Positions 9,953-19,059 of a DNA stretch of 39,617 bases are shown one piece after another. Both the position numbers and the translations under genes were made by a program. The DNA comes from a virus (lineage: Duplodnaviria > Caudoviricetes). Every line of letters starts with the position of its first letter. Within the stretch, counting starts at the first letter, position 1. The notes under the pieces were generated by a model, which searched no databases, was not told the DNA's origin, and worked only from the letters and a program-made list of their open reading frames with translations. Location of the stretch: positions 1 through 39,617 of the IMG/VR virus record IMGVR_UViG_3300037420_002500, one strand, 5' to 3'.

Positions 9953-10764
9953 GTTCAGAGTACAATTACGAGAAAGTCCTTGCTCCTTATTACGAGGTAT
10001 GGCTTGGCGATCAGCCTTTAGAGGGGTTGGAACACTCTTTAATCCAAGAAGTTGTTTTCGAGGATACTTCATCCGGTTCCGATCTTCTAACGATCACATT
10101 CCAAGACCCAGACTTTATTCTCATTGACAGCCCAATGATAGTAAAGGCAACCCCCGTAAAATTTGTGGGCGGGTGGCTTTTTGACAATAAGGATTTGTTC
10201 TCAGGGTACATTTCGGCGGCGGATGTATCTTATCCGGCCAATGGGGTTCCTACTCTAACAATTACGTGTATGGATAAATCTTTTATGATGGACAGGATTG
10301 ACCGCAAGGAAAAATACAAAGACATGAGATACGACCAAATCGCAACACAGGTGGCACAACGGAATGGACTCGCAATTGTCACGCAAAATTCCGGTAAGGT
10401 TGAGGAGACTACCACTCAATCTGATAAAAGCGATATTCAATTTCTTACGGACTTGGCGGAAGAATTGGAATGGCTTGTATGGGTGAAGGATTCTACCCTT
10501 TACTTTCTACCGCCGGACTTTGGTTCCAGCCCCACTAAAACATATTGGTGGAGGCGGCCGCCGTTCAATCTGATCGAGTTTAGTCCAAGGGTTATACAGG
10601 CGGATACCAAGGATGGAATTGACGATCACGACCTTGACCCATTAACAGGTGAGCCTAAGAATGATATAGGGGATTCCGACACGCCACAAAATACACTTGG
10701 CAACAAACCGGATGGGCCACAGGTGAAATACGATTGGTATACCGGACAATGGAATGAACAGTAG
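9949..10764 (+). CDS. Baseplate hub protein, gpD/gp27-like, N-terminal part
   Basis: LFSGYI, LTITCMD, Q..KSDIQFLTDLAE..., LYF, FSPR motifs of late-control D family. Confidence 0.85.
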   Translation: MSSEYNYEKVLAPYYEVWLGDQPLEGLEHSLIQEVVFEDTSSGSDLLTITFQDPDFILIDSPMIVKATPVKFVGGWLFDNKDLFSGYISAADVSYPANGVPTLTITCMDKSFMMDRIDRKEKYKDMRYDQIATQVAQRNGLAIVTQNSGKVEETTTQSDKSDIQFLTDLAEELEWLVWVKDSTLYFLPPDFGSSPTKTYWWRRPPFNLIEFSPRVIQADTKDGIDDHDLDPLTGEPKNDIGDSDTPQNTLGNKPDGPQVKYDWYTGQWNEQ

Positions 10765-10776
10765 GGGTGATGACGG

Positions 10777-11373
10777 ATGGCGGATAATACAAATATGCAG
10801 TATGACCGTTCCGGCCAATGGCGGGAAATATACGGGCCGGATGTAGACCAAGCTCGTAATCCTGTCACCCCTCAGACTTCCCCGGATGTAGAAGACCCTC
10901 CGGCGCGGGGTTCGGATTCTGGCGGGGAGGCGGCACGGAAGTACAGAGAACGACAATTCAATCTAGAGGGTAATGCAACAGTTATGCCTAGTCCTCATAT
11001 TGAAGCTCGGACGGTTGTTGAATTTCTCGGTTTAGGGAACCAATTCTCCGGCCGTTATTTTCTAAAGACAGTCCGGCACACATGGTCAAAGGATGGCGGG
11101 TACACGCAAGAGCTAGAAGTCCGGCGGAATGGTTTTGGAGGGTTTTCCACTCCTACTCCTACGGCGGCTGATAGCAACCTTCTCCGGCCAGCGCGGGAGA
11201 AAGTGGAACCTGTGTCCGATGCGGTTTACTACACGGTTAAAGAAGGCGATACGCTTTGGACTATCGCCAATCGGTTTTATTCGGATGGCTCTCAATATCA
11301 AAAGATCGCTTTAGCTAACAGTATTGAGAACCCTAATGAAATTCGGCCGGGACAGACTTTACTTATCCCTTAA
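10777..11373 (+). CDS. gpD/gp27-like C-terminal segment fused to a LysM domain
   Basis: GLGNQFSGRYFLKTVRHTW..GGYTQ plus YTVKEGDTLWTIANRFY...NPNEIRPGQTLLIP. Confidence 0.85.
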   Translation: MADNTNMQYDRSGQWREIYGPDVDQARNPVTPQTSPDVEDPPARGSDSGGEAARKYRERQFNLEGNATVMPSPHIEARTVVEFLGLGNQFSGRYFLKTVRHTWSKDGGYTQELEVRRNGFGGFSTPTPTAADSNLLRPAREKVEPVSDAVYYTVKEGDTLWTIANRFYSDGSQYQKIALANSIENPNEIRPGQTLLIP

Positions 11374-11386
11374 TGGAGGGATTTAT

Positions 11387-11920
11387 ATGAATTACGGATT
11401 CTCTTTAGAGCCAAAAGATCGCGACTATGGAAAGAAATACTTCGGCAAATACCGAGGGATTGTAACAGAGAATGATGACCCGCTTAAGATGGGCCGGGTA
11501 AAGGCTCAGTGTCCCAAGGTATTCGGGCGGCAAGGAGAGACGGATTGGGCGTTGCCTTGTTTGCCTCCGGGGTTTAAGAAGATTCCCGAGATAGGGGATT
11601 TTATATGGTTGGAGTTTGAGGATGGGGATGCTAGGTACCCGATATGGACAGGGGTTTGGTTTACACAAGACGGATTTCAAGTCTTTGAGACTGGACTGGT
11701 CATTGCCGCTAAAGGCATTGTTCTTGTCACTACGGAGGAACAACCTATCACGATGTTCGGTACCAACGTTAGTATTACTACAACCGGGGAGGCCGGGGAT
11801 GGCGTTCTAACTGTAAATGAACGTCAGCCTTTAGCTGAACTGGATAACCACGAAGCTCGGATTACGGCTAATGAGGGTACACTCAGTAACCACGAAAGTC
11901 GGATATCGAGCTTAGAATAG
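11387..11920 (+). CDS. Baseplate spike protein (gpV/gp5 OB-fold)
   Basis: GKYRGIVTENDDPLKMGRVKA, WALPC, PEIGD.IWLEFEDGD..YPIW.G; SD GGAGG before 11387. Confidence 0.9.
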   Translation: MNYGFSLEPKDRDYGKKYFGKYRGIVTENDDPLKMGRVKAQCPKVFGRQGETDWALPCLPPGFKKIPEIGDFIWLEFEDGDARYPIWTGVWFTQDGFQVFETGLVIAAKGIVLVTTEEQPITMFGTNVSITTTGEAGDGVLTVNERQPLAELDNHEARITANEGTLSNHESRISSLE

Positions 11921-11932
11921 GAGGGCTGACAG

Positions 11933-12349
11933 ATGCCAATTGAAACAGGTTATTCCGGCCTTTCATTCCCGCCACGGATTGGGGCAAAGGGCGGGTGGGT
12001 ACTGTCTACCACAAGTCAGGTTGATGTGGCCCATATTAAGGAGTCCATTCAAACCATAATTGGTACGTATGTGGGTGAGCGGGTGGCGGAGCCGACTTTT
12101 GGCTCAGAAGTACACGAGGTTATTTTCCTCAGTATGGATGCTACCTTAGCGAACCTCCTCCGGTTCAAAATCAATGAGGCTCTTGTTAAATGGGAGCCGC
12201 GTATCCGAGTAACAAATGTGGCCGTTAACTGGATAGATCAAACCGGGCATGAGCAAGAGGGTACGGTATTCGCTACTATAGATTTCACCGTGTTACGTAC
12301 TCAGATAGATGATTCCGTGACGGTGGTACTCAGAAGGGAGGTTGCGTAA
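11933..12349 (+). CDS. Baseplate wedge/sheath initiator (gp25/GpW family)
   Basis: GLSFPPR, IKESIQTIIGTYVGER..PTFGS, WEPRIRV. Confidence 0.93.
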   Translation: MPIETGYSGLSFPPRIGAKGGWVLSTTSQVDVAHIKESIQTIIGTYVGERVAEPTFGSEVHEVIFLSMDATLANLLRFKINEALVKWEPRIRVTNVAVNWIDQTGHEQEGTVFATIDFTVLRTQIDDSVTVVLRREVA

Positions 12350-12350
12350 T

Positions 12351-14120
12351 ATGGCTGATAAAGTCTTACTTCCGATAGATTATACGTCCAAGGATTATGA
12401 AGCCTTTAGGAATGACATGATTAATATAATCCCTCGTAAGCTTCCAAACTGGACGGATTTTTCAAGTTCAGACGCGGGCATTACGCTGATCGAATTGTTC
12501 TCTTACATGGGAGATATTCTTTCTTACTATCAAGACCGGATAGCGAATGAAGTTTACCTTCCTACAGCGACACAACGTAAATCCATTATTGATATAACGA
12601 AGTTGATAGACTATCAGATGAAGCCGGACATCCCTTCTAAATCCAAGGTGGTCTTCTCAATTGTGCCGCAGACATTCAACTTTGTTATACCGAGAGGCTT
12701 TAGGATATCTACGGAGCAGACCCAGTATGAAGATGCTATTATGTTCGAGACGGACAGCGATTTAACCATTCCGGCCGGAGCTACCGGGTTGGAAATGAGC
12801 GGCGGGGAGTATCTATATGCTGTAAATGTTACTCAGGGTATTACTATCCGAGACGAAATAATTGGTTCTTCTACAGGTACAGCGAACCAAGCCTTCCCGC
12901 TAAAGTACCCACAGGTTATTAACGCCCCTTCTCTGGGGTTCGCTACTATTCAGGTATCCGTTAACGAAGGTGCGGGCTTTGAACTGTGGTCGGATGGGAC
13001 ACAATCTACGGAGGATACGCCGGAATCGGGTAAGTATTACACCACGGAAGTCGATGAAAATAACGTTACTACGATTGTTTTCGGGGACGGTATCTCAGGT
13101 AAAATTCCTACTGTTGGTGTAGACAATCTTAAGGCTACTTACCGAGTGGGCGGCGGGTTCCACACGAATGTAGGTGCAGGAACAATCAAGGTACTTCAAT
13201 CCTCCCTTATCGGTGTGAAGACCGTAACCAATATCATAGCGGCTACAGGAGGGGTAGACAGGGAATCTATAGAGGAAACCCGGTCCTTGGCCCCTAAGTC
13301 ACATCGTTCATCTTCCCGGGCGGTTACGAAAGCGGACTATGAAACCTTGTCGAAAACAATACCGGGAGTGGCAAAGGCAAGCGCGGATGTGGACCCGGTT
13401 GTTGCAACAAAGGTTAATGTGACTATTGCACCTGTCGGCGGCGGAGTACCTACCGAAGATTTACGGCAATCCGTGTTCTCGTTGCTGGATGACCTGAAAA
13501 TCATCATGACTCAGGTGGATATTAAAGACCCGCTTTATCTTACGGCTAACCTTGAGTTGAAGGTAAATGTACAGGATGGATTCACTCAGGCGGAGGTTAA
13601 GACCTACGTGGATGAAGCCGTTACAAATCTCTTTGCCTTTAGTAATAGGGACTTCGGCCAAGGAGAATTTATCTCACGGCTATACCAAGTACTTAATCCC
13701 CTTCTCGGTGTTAGATTCATTGAGATTACCCGGCTTTCTATCGAGCCAAGGGTTGACTGGATTACGGTAACGGGAAATCCTACATGGAGCCGGGTTAATG
13801 TTCTACCCGCCAATTCGCTTGAGAATAAATGGCGGGTGAAAATGACATCGGCTACGGCATTCCAAGTCGATTATGATACGGCCGGAGACGGAACCTTTAG
13901 TACTTCTAAAGGAACGGGTACCTTTGGAACGGAGTTTACTTCCTCGGGCGGGGAACTTAAATTCACGATCACGGCCGGGACAATCCCTTGTGTAGCTAAT
14001 GACTATTGGACTTTCCGGGCATCCAAATATCTTACTAATATCCAGCCGGATTCAAATGAAATTCTTCTTCTGAATGTTCCCGGCTATATCGTTACTATGG
14101 AGGGAGGTTTCGTTGGATAA
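12351..14120 (+). CDS. Baseplate J-like wedge protein (Afp11/T4 gp6-like)
   Basis: IDYTSKDY, WTD..SDAGITLIE, YYQDRIANE.YLPTA, FGDG..GKIP, YRVGGG, RAVTKADYE. Confidence 0.93.
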   Translation: MADKVLLPIDYTSKDYEAFRNDMINIIPRKLPNWTDFSSSDAGITLIELFSYMGDILSYYQDRIANEVYLPTATQRKSIIDITKLIDYQMKPDIPSKSKVVFSIVPQTFNFVIPRGFRISTEQTQYEDAIMFETDSDLTIPAGATGLEMSGGEYLYAVNVTQGITIRDEIIGSSTGTANQAFPLKYPQVINAPSLGFATIQVSVNEGAGFELWSDGTQSTEDTPESGKYYTTEVDENNVTTIVFGDGISGKIPTVGVDNLKATYRVGGGFHTNVGAGTIKVLQSSLIGVKTVTNIIAATGGVDRESIEETRSLAPKSHRSSSRAVTKADYETLSKTIPGVAKASADVDPVVATKVNVTIAPVGGGVPTEDLRQSVFSLLDDLKIIMTQVDIKDPLYLTANLELKVNVQDGFTQAEVKTYVDEAVTNLFAFSNRDFGQGEFISRLYQVLNPLLGVRFIEITRLSIEPRVDWITVTGNPTWSRVNVLPANSLENKWRVKMTSATAFQVDYDTAGDGTFSTSKGTGTFGTEFTSSGGELKFTITAGTIPCVANDYWTFRASKYLTNIQPDSNEILLLNVPGYIVTMEGGFVG

Positions 14121-15190
14121 TGCCAAATACAGCCCTCAATGTTCGGGGAGAAGCTACGCTTCTCCCAAGAGTGGTCAAGCTATCTTGGACGTTGCCTACG
14201 GACGCTTCCTTTGATGAGATCGTTGTCCATAGGCGGACGGATGACTTCCAGATTGACCCTCTTAACCCTTTCGGTGTAGAGATTTATAGGGGCACGGCTA
14301 CCACTATCTACGACTACCATTTGGTGAACCCCGCCACTACGAATTTCCTAGAAGTGCCGGATATCTATGATATAATTAAGGAAGAATCCGGGGACGATGC
14401 TAATTTCTTGAAGGGCGAAACACTCTACTATTACACGGTTTTCGCTTTAGATAATCTCGGAAACTATAACGCGAATAACGCCACAATGGTAGTTGCCAAA
14501 CCTATCAAGGAGTATTTCATGGGGCAGAAGCTTTATAATATGCTCCCTGAAATATACCGGGAATACGACACTCAAGGAGAACTAAAACGGTTCCTTGAGA
14601 TATTAGGCTACATGGCGGATTTTATATACTCTACGACAAAGATGTTACCCGACCTCTTAAACATTCACCGCTGTACGCCGGAACAATTGGTCTACATTGC
14701 AAGCACGATTGGATGGGATTTAGACAAAACACTTCCGGTATCCATTCAACGGGCTTCTCTCGCTAACGCTCAAGCCACTTATAAATTGGCCGGGACGAAG
14801 CGGGGATTGGACAAGCTTGTTAAGTACTATTCGGGCTTTCCTAAGAGTTCGGGTGTACTTGAAGGCTTCGCATTTGACCAATATTCGGTGTACTTTGGTA
14901 CTTCACCTACTGCCTCCCCTCGGTATACGGACCATGTTGTTCCTGACTTTACGGATGGAGCTATGGATTTTGACGCAATCAAGACACCTTCCGACCCCCT
15001 ACATTACACGCCCGATTTCAGTATTTCCGGCGGACTTTCCGGCACAGACACGAAGTTCTTTGTATATGTTCAGCCTTACTATGAATTATCGGAATCAGAG
15101 AAATACCAAATAGAACTTCGCGTCCGTAGGGTACTCGATCAGTTCAAACCTTTAGGTGTGGACTATATATTCGAGTTCTATGACGTATAA
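14120..15190 (+). CDS. Baseplate/tail protein I-like (P2 gpI domain)
   Basis: LYNMLPEIYR.YD...LKRFL, L.YIASTIGW, YKLAGTKRGL, FKPLG. Confidence 0.8.
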   Translation: MPNTALNVRGEATLLPRVVKLSWTLPTDASFDEIVVHRRTDDFQIDPLNPFGVEIYRGTATTIYDYHLVNPATTNFLEVPDIYDIIKEESGDDANFLKGETLYYYTVFALDNLGNYNANNATMVVAKPIKEYFMGQKLYNMLPEIYREYDTQGELKRFLEILGYMADFIYSTTKMLPDLLNIHRCTPEQLVYIASTIGWDLDKTLPVSIQRASLANAQATYKLAGTKRGLDKLVKYYSGFPKSSGVLEGFAFDQYSVYFGTSPTASPRYTDHVVPDFTDGAMDFDAIKTPSDPLHYTPDFSISGGLSGTDTKFFVYVQPYYELSESEKYQIELRVRRVLDQFKPLGVDYIFEFYDV

Positions 15191-15205
15191 GGACGGTGAG
15201 CATAA

Positions 15206-16357
15206 ATGGCTAATATATCGCGGGATTCGTTTGACGAGTCTAAAGCGTATGACAAGGTAATTCTTCAACAGGGTATGCCCGTTACAGATTACGACATAAA
15301 TGAAATGCAGGATATCCAAAGAACCAAGCTCAAAAATATCGTGTCCGAACTGTTTGGTGATGGAGCTATCGCTGATGGTTACAAGATTGTCAAAACGGCG
15401 GCCCTCACGGTTCAAATTACGGCCGGGACGATTTACCTTAAGGGGTACCGGGTAAGGCTGGCAAACAATACTTCCACCACGATTCCGAGTGCGAACGGTA
15501 CATACAAGGTTTACCTTGCGGTATCGGAGCAGGAAATCGACTCGGTAGCCGACCCTTCCATTAAGCATGTGAAACTCTCTTTGGAACCTACCCGCCGGAT
15601 TAAGATTGTGGCGGACGTTCTCGTGGGGGCTTCGGTTCCGGTGGATACGGCTACTTTCAAGTACTACGAACTGGCGACTGTGGTTGTATCCTCGGCCAAC
15701 ATTACCACGGTTACGGATTCCCGGTCGATCAAGGTTACGTTTGAAGGGGCGGGGTTCTCCGTCAAGGGCGGGGCTACTTTAGGGGATGACGCTTCGGACA
15801 TTATCGACATCCAAGGTACGATTAAGAATACCTCCTCCAATAACGGCGGTAAGGTTCAAGTGGACGATCACTTAAACGTTACAGGTGACTTTACCGTGGC
15901 GGGAAAGGTTACCTCGGCTGGAATCGTGGTACAAACCGGGAAGCTATATGAGGTTAGCCGTTTACCCTTATATGGTGTGGCTGGCGATCTTCAATACCAA
16001 TCGGACGCTACAGCCTTCGAGGATGTAACTAATACGCTCTACGGCCTTTTCGATATTGGTACAGCAAATAGCGCACTTCCGGCCATTCCTTCGGGGGCAA
16101 CTCGGAAATACAAACTACGTATTGCGTATGCATCCTCTGGCGGGACGGTTACGATACGGCTTGTGAGCGGAGCTACTACTAAGGATTTTAACCTTCCTTC
16201 TGTGGTTACGGCTTTAGATGGCTCTCGGATTTATACGGAAACTGCGGAGTTTACACAGGCCAATATCGCCGGAGATTGGAAAGTACAAGCTAAGATTACA
16301 TCCGGCAATACCATGGCTGTTATGTGGGTTGAATTAATAGCCTACGATGTTTATTAA
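15206..16357 (+). CDS. Baseplate-fibre adaptor (DUF6519/DUF4815-like N-terminus)
   Basis: SRDSFD..K.Y.KVILQQG.P..D.DINE.Q N-terminal motif; ITAGTIYLKG. Confidence 0.65.
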   Translation: MANISRDSFDESKAYDKVILQQGMPVTDYDINEMQDIQRTKLKNIVSELFGDGAIADGYKIVKTAALTVQITAGTIYLKGYRVRLANNTSTTIPSANGTYKVYLAVSEQEIDSVADPSIKHVKLSLEPTRRIKIVADVLVGASVPVDTATFKYYELATVVVSSANITTVTDSRSIKVTFEGAGFSVKGGATLGDDASDIIDIQGTIKNTSSNNGGKVQVDDHLNVTGDFTVAGKVTSAGIVVQTGKLYEVSRLPLYGVAGDLQYQSDATAFEDVTNTLYGLFDIGTANSALPAIPSGATRKYKLRIAYASSGGTVTIRLVSGATTKDFNLPSVVTALDGSRIYTETAEFTQANIAGDWKVQAKITSGNTMAVMWVELIAYDVY

Positions 16358-16376
16358 TTAACGGGGGTGACTTTCA

Positions 16377-18992
16377 ATGGCTAGAAAATTTCAAATTGAC
16401 ACACCCGCCCAAATCGGAGGTTTATTGGAGCTTTTAGCCGGACTTTCCGTTACAGGAGCAGTTACGGTTACCGACACTCTTACAATCACAAATGGGATAT
16501 CTGGCGCACTTATTCTTGGGGCACAGGCTTCCGCCGTTAACCATGCTGTTCGGGCGGGCCGCCTTATTTCAACGGGTTCCGGCCTTACGGGTGGTGGCGA
16601 TCTTACGGCTGATCGCACACTTTCTGTTTCCTTCGGCGGAAACGGAGTGGCAACTACTGTAGCCCGATCTGACCACGATCATAGCGCGGCCTATCTCGGC
16701 ATATCGGCTAAAGCTGCTGACTCGGATAAATTGGATGGTCTGGATTCCCTCTCCTTTATGCGGGCGGATGCCAATACATCGACAACCGGGAGCCTCCAAG
16801 TAGGCACAACCCTAACTGTAAACGGGGCGGGTACAGTTACAGGCTTACTCTCTTTAGGGACACAGGCTACGGGTACGGGTCACGCTGTCCGTGCTGACCG
16901 TTCTATCTCGACTGGTACAGGTTTAACGGGCGGAGGAAACTTAACTGCTGATCGCACGTTAACCGTAGACTTCGGAACTGGGTCCAACCAAGTGGCTAGA
17001 GGAAATCACCTTCATAGTGAGTATCTTCCAATCGCAACCGGAGGTACAATCTCCGGCGACCTGACCATCTACAAGAGTTCCCCTAAGTTAACCCTTGGGG
17101 TAGATGCTCCTGTGGGTACAGGTAACATATCCATCGTGGCTCAGTTTCAATTGTTTAATAAGGGTGAACTTCGCTATGATACGACATCCTTCACTTGGAA
17201 GGTGTCGAATGATTACACGAACTACTACGATATCATTCATGCGGGCGGCGGGCAAACAATCGGAGGCGCACTTACTGTAACAGGTTCGATTACAGAAGGT
17301 GGCACGGCATTATCGGCTAAATACGCTTCTACAGGAACGTCCATATCGGCGGGAACGGGACTTACGGGCGGAGGAACTTTAGCGTCAACAAGAACCCTAT
17401 CGGTGGACTTTGGTACAGGAACAAACCAAGCCGCAAGAGGAGATCACTTACACGATACCCGCTATGCTCAACTAGCATCGACTAATACTTTTACTGGCGA
17501 TCAGGTCATTAGCAAAAATAGCGGCTCCCTCTCTTTTGTTCGTCCATCTGGACAAACAGGACAGTATACAGGTATCGCTACTAAGGATGATACGGCATGG
17601 AAAGGGTTCCTTTACTGGGATTTCACAGGTAGTAAGTGGGTTCTTTCCCCTAACGGTGGCACAAATTATTATGACATCTTACACTCCGGCGGCGGACAGA
17701 CGATCAACGGCACCTTAACAACTACAGGAGCAATCACAGAAGCAGGAACTTCCTTGGCTTCTAAGTATGCTTCTACTGCTACCTCCATTTCGGCGGGAAC
17801 GGGTCTTACGGGAGGCGGGACTTTAGCGGCAAATAGAACTTTATCCGTAGACTTCGGAACCGGAGCTACACAGGTGGCGGCGGGTAACCACAACCATGAC
17901 TCGGTTTATTCCAAGCTATCCGGCGGTCAAACGTGGTCGGGTAACATAACGTTTGATACAACAGCGGTGGAGAGAAGTGTAAGGTTCCTCCATCAAACAG
18001 GAAAAGAAGTTGGCGTTTATGCTCAACCGAATCTGTTTGGTATTTATGACTGGGGTAATACCCGAGATGTATTCAGATATGTTCCGGGTTCAAACAGTGT
18101 TACCGTAGGACCTCCGACTACTTTCAGCGGCGCGGTAACAATGAGTTCTACCCTTTCCACAAGTGGGGCTATTACAGAAGCGGGAACAGCATTATCCGCT
18201 AAATATGCGTCTCTTAGTGGAGCTACTTTCACTGGTGGAATAACAGGTACCACAGCGTCCTTCTCCACTTCAATTACAGAAGCCGGAACCGCTCTTGCAT
18301 CTAAATACGCGGCTATCGGACACAACCATGATTCGGTTTATTCGGCTATAGGCCACAACCACGATGGAACGTATATGAAACGCGGTGACGCTAACGCCAC
18401 GTTGACGGATGCAAATGCTCTCACTACTTCTGGGTTCTATAATACAAGCTCCTCCTTTACGGGTAGCCCGGCCGGAGGGGTAGATGGAAGTAACCAAGGT
18501 TATCTCGAAAGCTATACTTGGTCCAACTCCTCTTACGTCCTGCAAGTTCACACTCCGGTTAATCAGATTTTAGGGCGTAGGTATCGTATAAAGGATAATG
18601 GTACGTGGGGTAGCTGGATAACTCAATTGGATTCCTCCATCCATAATTCCACAGGGGACCCACATACTCAATATGCTCTACGTGCTAGATCAATCTCGGC
18701 TGGCTCCGGTCTTTCCGGCGGAGGGACGCTTGCCTCGGACATTTCCTTTAGCATCGGAACGGGTGCTGTAACGGATACTCACCTTGGTAACCGTACTGTT
18801 GACCAAGCTATCGCGGCGGCGACCGCCAATACAGGTACCCTTACTCAATTACTCTCTTGGATTGTGAAAGAGATTAAAGCCATCAAGGGAACTACAAACT
18901 GGTATGACTCGGTGGCGAATGCCCTTAGTGCTATGGCAACCAAGACTTATGTTGATACCGAAGTAGCTAAAGCCAAAACTTACGCACCATAA
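16377..18992 (+). CDS. Tail fibre protein with repeated shaft modules and a knob domain
   Basis: Five GxGLxGGGxL modules, HxH motifs, DSDKLDGLDS, knob-like DANALTTSGFY...NGTWGSW. Confidence 0.85.
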   Translation: MARKFQIDTPAQIGGLLELLAGLSVTGAVTVTDTLTITNGISGALILGAQASAVNHAVRAGRLISTGSGLTGGGDLTADRTLSVSFGGNGVATTVARSDHDHSAAYLGISAKAADSDKLDGLDSLSFMRADANTSTTGSLQVGTTLTVNGAGTVTGLLSLGTQATGTGHAVRADRSISTGTGLTGGGNLTADRTLTVDFGTGSNQVARGNHLHSEYLPIATGGTISGDLTIYKSSPKLTLGVDAPVGTGNISIVAQFQLFNKGELRYDTTSFTWKVSNDYTNYYDIIHAGGGQTIGGALTVTGSITEGGTALSAKYASTGTSISAGTGLTGGGTLASTRTLSVDFGTGTNQAARGDHLHDTRYAQLASTNTFTGDQVISKNSGSLSFVRPSGQTGQYTGIATKDDTAWKGFLYWDFTGSKWVLSPNGGTNYYDILHSGGGQTINGTLTTTGAITEAGTSLASKYASTATSISAGTGLTGGGTLAANRTLSVDFGTGATQVAAGNHNHDSVYSKLSGGQTWSGNITFDTTAVERSVRFLHQTGKEVGVYAQPNLFGIYDWGNTRDVFRYVPGSNSVTVGPPTTFSGAVTMSSTLSTSGAITEAGTALSAKYASLSGATFTGGITGTTASFSTSITEAGTALASKYAAIGHNHDSVYSAIGHNHDGTYMKRGDANATLTDANALTTSGFYNTSSSFTGSPAGGVDGSNQGYLESYTWSNSSYVLQVHTPVNQILGRRYRIKDNGTWGSWITQLDSSIHNSTGDPHTQYALRARSISAGSGLSGGGTLASDISFSIGTGAVTDTHLGNRTVDQAIAAATANTGTLTQLLSWIVKEIKAIKGTTNWYDSVANALSAMATKTYVDTEVAKAKTYAP

Positions 18993-19004
18993 TACATCAT
19001 TTGT

Positions 19005-19032
19005 CCTCCTTCGGCTTTAGGGCCGAGGGAGG
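19005..19032 (+). other. Intergenic hairpin with TTTAGG loop
   Basis: CCTCCTTCGGC (19005-19015) / GCCGAGGGAGG (19022-19032); no U-tract. Confidence 0.6.
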
Positions 19033-19059
19033 CTTATTGATAGAAAGGAGTGAACCTAA

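Noticed and set aside
2268-16357. Stand-alone eCIS/tailocin locus
   Set aside because: Neck-type genes, a long tape measure, phage accessory genes and the lack of an Afp15-like ATPase favour a phage, though capsid genes are outside the window.
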